Positions 56,134 through 64,000 of a stretch of 64,000 nucleotides of DNA are shown in pieces (the first letter of the stretch is position 1; each line of letters begins with the position of its first letter). The translations under genes and the position numbers were made by a program. The stretch is from positions 1 through 64,000 of the IMG/VR virus record IMGVR_UViG_3300017735_002163. The stretch is one strand, 5' to 3'. This DNA comes from a virus. A model generated the notes under the pieces. The model ran no database searches, was not told the origin of the DNA, and worked only from the letters and a program-made list of their open reading frames with translations.

Positions 56134-59100
56134 TTATTGTAAGTTGATTAATGCTTCAACAACACCGTTACCATCTTCGTTTTCGCTAATTGCTTTACCG
56201 ATGATTGTACCTGACTTAACGTTTTCTGGGTCAGCGCCTTTGGCTCTACCTGGAATACCTGATGTTACAAGTAAGTCACCTTTGCCAATTGGACCAACAA
56301 CTTTAACTGGTACCCTTCCGCATAATGCTACTGGAGTTCCACCTGCTAATTCACTGTTCATCAAGTATGCTGGGTCTGTGGAAACAACACCTGCTACACG
56401 GTAATCTTCATCACCTGCACATTCTGTTATTTCTGCATCGCCACCAAACACAACAACTGTACCTGCATCATACACTGCATCTGCTGAATAGTTCTCAGCC
56501 AAATCCGCATATCTTGCCGTTGTTGCTGTTGCACTAACTACGCCAGCACTAAAGTTACCGGAACCGTCTCTGGCAACCACTGTACTTGCTGTATTGGCTG
56601 ATGTTGCGTTAACATTTAATGTAGCACTACCACTTGATGCGCCACCTGTTAAGTATGAACCTGCCACAACTGCTGTAATATCACCTACGTTGCCTGTTAG
56701 TCCACTTATGCGTCCTGTTACGTGATCGTATACGTCATTACCTGTTGGTATTGATGTGCCGCCGTTTGCAACTGCACCAGTAGAAACACTTAATGTAACA
56801 CTACCACTTGAACCGCCGCCACTTAAATGTGTACCTGCTGTAACACCAGTGATGTCACCAACGTTACTTGTCCAACCGGAGTCATTGTTAAACTGACTTA
56901 GTTTAAATTCACCAATTGCTTTCTTTCTCTCAGCGCCTGAATCAAGTAAAATAAGTTCGTCATTAGCACCGCTAACATCTGCTGTCATATCAGTAAGTTC
57001 TGATAAGTCTAAAGTGATGCTTGGTGTACCTGAAGTACCTCCGCCGTCTAAACCTGTACCTACTGTAATACCTGTTAAGTAACCAGTGTCTGTTAAACTA
57101 ATAACACCTGTTGAGCTGTTATATGTAACACCAGTTCCACCACTAACTAATCCTCTAACATGTGAATCGCTTAGTGCTAAACTAACACTACCACTTGATC
57201 CACCGCCAGTTAAACCGTTACCAGCACTTACGTTTGTTATATCACCAACTGTTGTTGAGTAACCGTATGCTTCAATCTTATCAGCAACTGCTTTTGCTGT
57301 CATTAACACTGTGTCTGAATCACTAAATGCTTCTGAACTTAATTGTATTGCCGCTCCAGCAAAGTCACCAACTGTTAAATCTGGTAGTCTTGCACTTGCA
57401 ATAGTACCTGATGCTATTTGACTTGCACCAATTGATATTGAAACTTCGCCACTTGCAGTTAAACGTCCTTTTGCATCAACTGTAAATGTTGATACTGTGC
57501 CAGCGTCACCAAATGATCCAACTGATGCGGCTGTATCTGCTAATGCTAAACTAACACTACCACTTGAACCACCACCTGTTAAACCTGAGCCTGCACTTAC
57601 GTTTGTTATATCACCAACTGTTGTTGAGTAACCATAACTTAGAATTTTATCTTGTACTGCCGCCGATGTCATTAATGTTGTATCGTTATCTGCAAAACTT
57701 TCTGTGCTTAACTGAATTGTTGCTCCTGCAAATTCACTAATTGTTAAACCACTTACGTTTAATGTTGCTGTACCACTTGTAGCACCGCCACTTAAACCAG
57801 TTCCTGCTACTACACCAGTAATAAAGTTTGGATCTGTTAGACTGATTACACCACTTGATAAAGTAATACCAGCACCACCACTAAAGTGATTTCTAACTTG
57901 TGCCGCACTTGGACCTGTGTAACTAATAACACCTGTTGTGCTGTTGTATGCTAATGCACCATCACCACCGTTATCTGTTACAGAGATAGCACCTCTGGCG
58001 TCTGCGTCTGCATACATTGTAGGCTCACTATAACTTATAACACCTGTTGTGCTGTTATATGCTAAGTCACCACTTGCACTAATTGCCGCTCTTGCTCTTG
58101 CAGTTGTATGGTATTGATTAGTACCTTCTGATAAATTACTTGTGCTGTGATTAGCAATACTGCTAACTGTACCAGTTACATCACCAGTTACATCACCAGT
58201 TACATCACCAGTTACATTACCAACTACTGCGCCTCTAAATGTTGTAGCAACAAAATCTGTTGATACTGCCCATCTGTCGTTTGACTCGTCCCATAGTAAC
58301 TGTACATTTGTAGCATCACCACGTTCAATTTCAATACCTGCATTGGCTGTAGGGGAACCTGATGCATTGTTGTTTAGAACGATGATGTTGTCATCAACTG
58401 TTAAAGTTTCTGTATTAACAGTAGTTTGTGTACCGTTAATTGTTAAGTTACCATTAACTATAATGTTGTCACTAAATGTTTTAGCACCTGCTACTGTTTG
58501 AGTACCACTTGTTCTAACTACAGTATTATCTACTGAGAATGAACCGGAACTAACATCTAAGCCGTCACCTGCTGATACATGTGCTCTAACTTGCGCCGCA
58601 CTTGGACCTGTGTAAGTAATTACACCAGTTGAGCTGTTATAAGCAAGACTTCCGTCTCCGCCTGCGTCAGTAACACTAATTGCACTTCTGGCATCTGCAT
58701 CTGCATACATAGTTGGGGTTGTATAAGACATAACACCTGTTGTGCTGTTATATGCTAAGTTGCCACCTGCACTAATTGAAGCTCTTGCTAATGCATCAGT
58801 ATACTGAGTGATAGTTGTTGCAATAGCACCGTCTGTTACAGTAATACCTGTACCAGCACTAATATGAGCTCTTACTTCTGAAGCACTTGGGCCTGTGTAA
58901 GTAATAACACCTGATGTGCTGTTGTATGCCAATGATCCGTCACCACCTGCATCTGTTACACTAATTAATCCTTTTGCATAGCTCTCATCAAGTGATATTT
59001 CGTCTGCATCAACAGTAATACCGTTGCCTTCACCAATGTTTAATGTAACTGCACCTGCTGTGCCGCCACCTGTTAAACCTGATCCTGCGCCTACGCTTTC

Positions 59101-60417
59101 AATGTCACCTGCGTCATTAGTAAAACTAAATACACCAGTTGAGCTATCGTATGCTAAATCGCCACTTGCACTAAAGTGTGCTCTTGTCTCTGCCGCACTT
59201 GGTCCTGTGTAAGTAATTACACCAGTTGAACTATTGTATGCCGCACTACCATCACCACCTGCATCTGTTACACTAATAAGTGCTCTTGCAGTTGAATCTG
59301 TAAGCATGTTTTGATAAGTTGTACCATCGTTTGTAAATGCCCATGAACCTTCTGACTCGTCCCATTTTAGGAATACGTCTGCACTTGAGGCTCTGTCTAC
59401 TTGGAAACCTGTGTCTAATGCACTACCAGTTCCAGCATTTAATAAAATAATTTCATCTGCAATTTCTAATGCACTACCTGAACTTGTTAGTGTACCAGTA
59501 ATTTCCATATTACCTGAGAATGTTTTGTTACCTGCTAACGTTTGGTTACCAGTTGTTCTCATTACAGTACTGTCAACAGCAATTGTACCAGTACTAATAT
59601 CAATACCTGATCCACCGTTAAAGTGAGCTCTTACCTCTGCGGCACTTGGACCTGTGTAAGTAATTACACCATTGTCTAATGCTAATGAGCCATCGCCGCC
59701 TGCATCAGTAACACTTAAGAAAGTTAATGCATCTACATAACCTTTGCTTGCCGCATCACCATCTGCTACTGGAGTAGAGATATTGTTAATATGGTTGCTG
59801 TCTAAATTAACATTTGAACCAAACTTAACACCACCTGCTGAAGTAATTGATTTGTTTGCTGTTAAAACAACATCTGTTTTCAGTTGGATGTCACCACCTG
59901 ATGTTAATTCAATATCACCTGTTCCTGTTGAAACAATGCTAATATTTTGGTTGGCGTCTGCACTAAACTGAATAGTACCTGAGTTATCAGATAATACTTG
60001 TTGTCCGTTAACGTATAAAGATCCCGGACCAACGTATATGTCTCGCCATTGTTTTGTTTCAGAACCTAAGTCGTATGTAACGTCTGCATTAGGTATAATG
60101 TGTCCTGAGAACGCACCTCCACCTAAGAAACTTTGTACACCGCTTGTAAAAGTTGCTGAAGAAGTATCAAGTGCAATAGTGGCCGATCCTGCGTCTGCTC
60201 CACCACTTAAACCTGAGCCTGCTACAACGGCAGTAATATCACCTGTTGCCGCCGCTACTACTTCTGAATTTTTTGCAAGTCTGTGACCACCTGCTGTTGT
60301 ACCATCATGTACTATGACGGTATTGTTAGTTGTATCGATCGTAATCTCACCCGCTAATCCGGTAAAACTACCGTGTTGCGTCGAGGTACCTCGTCTTCTT
60401 TGAATTGCTGTTGCCAT
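56134..60417 (-). CDS. Long repetitive tail fibre/virion fibre protein
   Basis: Mtd-N-like IQRRRGT...HDG.TAGG; repeats VTDAGGDGSLAYNSTTGVITYTGPS and GDIT.V.AG.GL.GGG; C-terminal ADLAE chaperone-like domain. Confidence 0.9.
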   Translation of the reverse strand: MATAIQRRRGTSTQHGSFTGLAGEITIDTTNNTVIVHDGTTAGGHRLAKNSEVVAAATGDITAVVAGSGLSGGADAGSATIALDTSSATFTSGVQSFLGGGAFSGHIIPNADVTYDLGSETKQWRDIYVGPGSLYVNGQQVLSDNSGTIQFSADANQNISIVSTGTGDIELTSGGDIQLKTDVVLTANKSITSAGGVKFGSNVNLDSNHINNISTPVADGDAASKGYVDALTFLSVTDAGGDGSLALDNGVITYTGPSAAEVRAHFNGGSGIDISTGTIAVDSTVMRTTGNQTLAGNKTFSGNMEITGTLTSSGSALEIADEIILLNAGTGSALDTGFQVDRASSADVFLKWDESEGSWAFTNDGTTYQNMLTDSTARALISVTDAGGDGSAAYNSSTGVITYTGPSAAETRAHFSASGDLAYDSSTGVFSFTNDAGDIESVGAGSGLTGGGTAGAVTLNIGEGNGITVDADEISLDESYAKGLISVTDAGGDGSLAYNSTSGVITYTGPSASEVRAHISAGTGITVTDGAIATTITQYTDALARASISAGGNLAYNSTTGVMSYTTPTMYADADARSAISVTDAGGDGSLAYNSSTGVITYTGPSAAQVRAHVSAGDGLDVSSGSFSVDNTVVRTSGTQTVAGAKTFSDNIIVNGNLTINGTQTTVNTETLTVDDNIIVLNNNASGSPTANAGIEIERGDATNVQLLWDESNDRWAVSTDFVATTFRGAVVGNVTGDVTGDVTGDVTGTVSSIANHSTSNLSEGTNQYHTTARARAAISASGDLAYNSTTGVISYSEPTMYADADARGAISVTDNGGDGALAYNSTTGVISYTGPSAAQVRNHFSGGAGITLSSGVISLTDPNFITGVVAGTGLSGGATSGTATLNVSGLTISEFAGATIQLSTESFADNDTTLMTSAAVQDKILSYGYSTTVGDITNVSAGSGLTGGGSSGSVSLALADTAASVGSFGDAGTVSTFTVDAKGRLTASGEVSISIGASQIASGTIASARLPDLTVGDFAGAAIQLSSEAFSDSDTVLMTAKAVADKIEAYGYSTTVGDITNVSAGNGLTGGGSSGSVSLALSDSHVRGLVSGGTGVTYNSSTGVISLTDTGYLTGITVGTGLDGGGTSGTPSITLDLSELTDMTADVSGANDELILLDSGAERKKAIGEFKLSQFNNDSGWTSNVGDITGVTAGTHLSGGGSSGSVTLSVSTGAVANGGTSIPTGNDVYDHVTGRISGLTGNVGDITAVVAGSYLTGGASSGSATLNVNATSANTASTVVARDGSGNFSAGVVSATATTARYADLAENYSADAVYDAGTVVVFGGDAEITECAGDEDYRVAGVVSTDPAYLMNSELAGGTPVALCGRVPVKVVGPIGKGDLLVTSGIPGRAKGADPENVKSGTIIGKAISENEDGNGVVEALINLQ
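58171..58218. repeat. 12-bp tandem repeat (accagttacatc x4, last copy imperfect) encoding [N/D]VTG
   Basis: Directly visible in the sequence. Confidence 0.85.
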
Positions 60418-60475
60418 TACTTTCCCCTAAAAGTATTAGTTTACTATAGATATATTTATCTAAATCTAAAATTTT

Positions 60476-61849
60476 TCACCTTATTAAAACCAGTTCCATC
60501 TCATCTGATAAATCTTTGATCTTTATCCAGTTTTTGTTTAAAACTTGTCCTTTAAAAATAGGTATGGTTCCTAAAACACAAACCATTGCCCATCCCTGTC
60601 TGTCTTGTCTGCCTTCGTATTCTTGTGCATATTCATATGCAGAATTCACTAAAGGTCTTTTCATCTCGTTACCATCTTCGTCTGTTTCTATAATACATGC
60701 ATTCTCTGGTAATGCAAATTTAGGATCAAGTCCGTCTTTATAAAAACTTTTCATTGTAGAAGTTTCTGCTTCCATCCATTCTACAATTTCATATGCCTGC
60801 TCAGCTCGTTTGCCATGCAAGTCTTGAAAATATTTATTTCGCCAATGATTCCATTTTGCATTACTGGCTAATGCTGATCTCTCAACTATCACACCAAGTA
60901 TTGCATCACTGTCATCGTCCGCTACTCTAATTTTTCCTTCCTTTGTAACAGTTACCGTAAATCCGTTCCTGTCTTCGCCTCTGGCATTTCCATCTTCCCA
61001 TTCAAAAAATTCTGAATATCCTGATGCATTATTAAATAATGTGCCTCCTGCAAAAACATCACCTTGTCCGTTGACTTTAAATGTTTCTGTCTTAAGATCG
61101 TTTTCACCAACGTTACTATTAACACTGATTGCTTTCCAACCTTTGTTTTCTCCTGGATTAGCATCAATTTTTAATACTGATCCTGTGAAATCTTTTGACG
61201 GTACTTCTATGTTCATCACATCGCCGTCTGCTTGTTTGTGGTACACACTTAATGTTTCGTTGTTGTTCTTTTTAAACTTGTTAATACCAAGAGAACCATC
61301 ACTAAACACATTAAACCCTTGACGATTCATTCTACTAACTGCTCTTAGAGAAAAACTTTTATCGTCATCACCATCACTTTCAATTAATACACCCCTGGTA
61401 ACGCCATCGCCTACACTGGGCAGTATTGCTTCACTGCTGTAGTTTGCACACTTAAAGTGGGCACTACCTCTACCAAAACTTCTTGGAGCTCTGGTACCGG
61501 AACCTAATTGTCCGTTTTTACCAATCATTAAGATCGGATCTCCTTCTTTAGCAAACATTAATCCATCTAAGTTTGCTTCTATTGAAAACTGGTGTTCACT
61601 GGTAAGTGTAATTTTCTCTCTACGTTGCTCACTTGCAGAATTAATCTTGCCTAATGCAACTTGAAGTTTACCTTCTATCTCACCTGAGAACTTATTCATT
61701 TCAGTTACCATATCGGCAACTTGTTCTGTTAATTGTGCTTCTACCTGCTTTGTAATTTTTTCTGTTACTTCGGCAGTGATTTTTTCTATGTCTATTTTAT
61801 CTACTTTTTGTGCTAACGATAATTCTATATTTTGTTTTGCCTTTGGCAT
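60476..61849 (-). CDS. Virion protein with coiled-coil N-terminus and peptidase G2/intramolecular-chaperone-like C-terminus
   Basis: YSEFFEWEDGN...ILGVI...W..KY..D..G...EYEGR.DR..W..V..LG. Confidence 0.7.
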   Translation of the reverse strand: MPKAKQNIELSLAQKVDKIDIEKITAEVTEKITKQVEAQLTEQVADMVTEMNKFSGEIEGKLQVALGKINSASEQRREKITLTSEHQFSIEANLDGLMFAKEGDPILMIGKNGQLGSGTRAPRSFGRGSAHFKCANYSSEAILPSVGDGVTRGVLIESDGDDDKSFSLRAVSRMNRQGFNVFSDGSLGINKFKKNNNETLSVYHKQADGDVMNIEVPSKDFTGSVLKIDANPGENKGWKAISVNSNVGENDLKTETFKVNGQGDVFAGGTLFNNASGYSEFFEWEDGNARGEDRNGFTVTVTKEGKIRVADDDSDAILGVIVERSALASNAKWNHWRNKYFQDLHGKRAEQAYEIVEWMEAETSTMKSFYKDGLDPKFALPENACIIETDEDGNEMKRPLVNSAYEYAQEYEGRQDRQGWAMVCVLGTIPIFKGQVLNKNWIKIKDLSDEMELVLIR

Positions 61850-61869
61850 GTGTGTGTCCTATTAAAATA

Positions 61870-62820
61870 TTATGAGCTAATAACTGCTCTGTCTGTGATT
61901 CTTCTCCAATCAGTGCCATCGTAAAAAGCCATTGTAGCACCCCCTGTCTCGTTACTTACAAATATCATATCACCTGGATTGATATATGTTAATGCATTTG
62001 CTTCAGCAACTGTGTAACTATCATGAGATGTTGGTTGTCTATCATCGACTGTGACTACACCATAATCAACTACAATGTTTGCCGCTTGTGTAATGCTACC
62101 ATAGTCTTCTACGTGACTAAATGAGCCCATAACATCTAAGTTTGTAACTTGCAAAGTATTTGTACTGTCATCAAATGTAAAATCAGCATCGCCTGATAAT
62201 ACGCCACTCTTATTATATTGTACTTGAGTTGTTGAACCGCCTACGCCGCCTGCATCTGTAAAGGAAAGTGTTCCGCTACCATCTGTTTTAATAACTTGCC
62301 CTGCTGTTCCATCTGCTGTAGGCAAATTGTAAGTATTATTAATAGTGATTGAAGAACCATCTACTTTAAATACCTCAGAGCTATTACTTGCATTGTATAC
62401 TTTAAATATTGGATTGTTGCCGGAGTTGTTATCTACTACTCTGATAACACTGGCTGAGCCGTTGCTGTGTTTTAAATCTAAATAGGCTCCGCTGTATTGT
62501 AAACTTGGGTTGGTACCTAATCTTAAATTACCATTTACAAATAATCTTTCATTTGAACTCGTTGAACCGATGGACACGGTGTCATTGGCTGAGTCAACAC
62601 TTAACGTACCGTTGTCAACTAATAGGGTACTTAAACTTTCTCCTACTGGTTTCCAGCCGCTGTTATATATTTTTAAAGTGCTGTTATCAGAGTCTATCCA
62701 AAGGTCGCCAGCAGATAAATCACTGGATGGTTGTGTGCCTGTAGATATTTTGCTACCACTTGACTTTCCGATCTTAAATTCAGAAGTAGTGGTACCTTTA
62801 AAATTACCAAAAATCGCCAT
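61870..62820 (-). CDS. Virion structural (fibre-like) protein
   Basis: GDLWIDS, LPTADGTAGQVIKTDGSG, QVQYN, YDGTDWRR. Confidence 0.75.
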   Translation of the reverse strand: MAIFGNFKGTTTSEFKIGKSSGSKISTGTQPSSDLSAGDLWIDSDNSTLKIYNSGWKPVGESLSTLLVDNGTLSVDSANDTVSIGSTSSNERLFVNGNLRLGTNPSLQYSGAYLDLKHSNGSASVIRVVDNNSGNNPIFKVYNASNSSEVFKVDGSSITINNTYNLPTADGTAGQVIKTDGSGTLSFTDAGGVGGSTTQVQYNKSGVLSGDADFTFDDSTNTLQVTNLDVMGSFSHVEDYGSITQAANIVVDYGVVTVDDRQPTSHDSYTVAEANALTYINPGDMIFVSNETGGATMAFYDGTDWRRITDRAVISS

Positions 62821-62932
62821 ATTGTCCTCGGTTAGTTCAATGTCTTAAACATTGTCAGTATCACGCGATACTGTCTTCGCCGTTACAAGTATTTATCACT
62901 ATTAAATGATTGCTGTGGGATAGGGTAGAATT

Positions 62933-64000
62933 TTAAACTAAAACTTCAATAATGCCTGGAGCGGCTTCTGTTTTTGTTTCTAAAGCAATTCCAATGATTT
63001 GTAGAGAACTTAAAGAATGTGCCATTGCGCCTACCATTGCATGTCCTGGTAGATCACTTGTAATTAATACATCACCTTTGTTTACGTTGCCAACAACTTT
63101 ACATGGCACTCTACCACGTAATGCTACTGCTACACCTTGTGATTCGGCATTCATTAAATATGCTGGGTCTGTGGAAACAACACCGGCAACTCTATAACTG
63201 CCTGGATTGTCTGTTACTGTTACTTCTGCTTCGCCACCTACTATAACAACTGTGCCTGGATCATAACTGGCATCTGCTGTGTACATTTCTGCCAAATCCG
63301 CATAACGTGCCGCTGTTGCTGTTGCTGTAATAACACCTGCACTAAAGTTACCGCTTCCATCTCTGGCTACAATTTTATTTGCTGTATTGGCTGATGTGGC
63401 TTGAACGTCTATATCGTCTGCATTAACAGTTATATAATCACCTGCGCCAACTGTTAAAGTAACTGCACCTGATGTGCCTCCGCCTGATAAACCGGCACCG
63501 GCAGTTACACTTGTGATATCACCAACGTTACTTGTCCAACCACCATAGTTACCAAGGTCGTTATTAAAGTCACTTAGTGTAATTTCACCAATTAGTTTTC
63601 TTCTTTCTGCGCCATTGTCAAGTAGGATAAGTTCATCTTGTGTACCAACAACTGCCGCTGTCATATCAGTAAGTTCTGATAAATCTAAAGTAATACTTGG
63701 AGTTGTAGTTGCATTACTTACATCTAAACCTGTGCCAACACTTACACTTGTTACTGTGCCTACTGTGTCGGAGTCTGTGAAACTGAATACACCAGTTGAG
63801 CTGTTATATGAAATGTCGCCACTTGCACTAAACAATCCTTTAATATAAGTATCGTCTGTTGTTATCTCGTCTGCCGCTACAGATATACCATTTCCGCCTG
63901 CAACATTAAGTGTTCTTGTTGTGGTTATATCACCACCGCCTGTTAAACCGGCGCCTGCTGTAATGCTTACCGAACTGTGATCAACGTGTTCATTTGCTAC
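62933..64000 (-). CDS. Tail fibre paralogue, 5' end beyond the window
   Basis: Frame stays open upstream of the 63835 TTG; same repeats and ADLAE C-domain as 56134-60417. Confidence 0.85.
   Translation of the reverse strand, partial: VANEHVDHSSVSITAGAGLTGGGDITTTRTLNVAGGNGISVAADEITTDDTYIKGLFSASGDISYNSSTGVFSFTDSDTVGTVTSVSVGTGLDVSNATTTPSITLDLSELTDMTAAVVGTQDELILLDNGAERRKLIGEITLSDFNNDLGNYGGWTSNVGDITSVTAGAGLSGGGTSGAVTLTVGAGDYITVNADDIDVQATSANTANKIVARDGSGNFSAGVITATATAARYADLAEMYTADASYDPGTVVIVGGEAEVTVTDNPGSYRVAGVVSTDPAYLMNAESQGVAVALRGRVPCKVVGNVNKGDVLITSDLPGHAMVGAMAHSLSSLQIIGIALETKTEAAPGIIEVLV

Noticed and set aside
62822-62889. Hammerhead ribozyme
   Set aside because: CUGANGA and GAAA core motifs are absent on both strands
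56134-63400. Diversity-generating retroelement (TR/VR) between the similar fibre C-termini
   Set aside because: Both copies are coding, the differences are not adenine-specific by eye, and there is no reverse transcriptase in the window
1-64000. CRISPR array, introns/inteins in core genes, or stop-codon recoding
   Set aside because: No spacer-separated repeats seen; terminase, helicase, primase and RecA are of normal length and uninterrupted in the standard code

Overview
About 64 kb of an AT-rich, large T4-like (myovirus) phage genome, probably from an aquatic phage of a Gram-negative host. It uses the standard genetic code and is almost entirely minus-strand, apart from one gene at 7869-8234 and a plus-strand block at 42622-46832. 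Core genes: replication/recombination (gp41 helicase, gp61 primase, gp62-like, UvsW/X/Y, gp32, ThyX, dNMP kinase), packaging and virion (gp17, gp16-like, gp4, gp18, gp19, neck and tail-terminator-like proteins, lysozyme, fibres) and four tRNAs. Accessory content: (i) a late-promoter-driven five-enzyme cluster (PLP enzyme, amidinotransferase, 2OG-Fe/cupin, NDP-sugar dehydratase, B12-radical SAM) that looks like an uncharacterised pathway for a guanidino/methylated sugar or similar modification; (ii) a curli-like operon (CsgF, CsgG, two curlin-like proteins) with an embedded FecR-domain gene and a nearby CHASE2 adenylate cyclase; (iii) a BtuB-like TonB receptor, a minimal DnaE-like protein, a QueC-like protein and SGNH-like paralogues. 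Signals outside the ORF track: a likely programmed -1 frameshift in a lipoprotein gene, start/stop-region complementarity of an AAA ATPase mRNA, structured RNAs in the tRNA cluster, widespread leaderless late genes and a 10-bp phased A/T array. All family assignments come from motif recognition by eye; no database searches were run.
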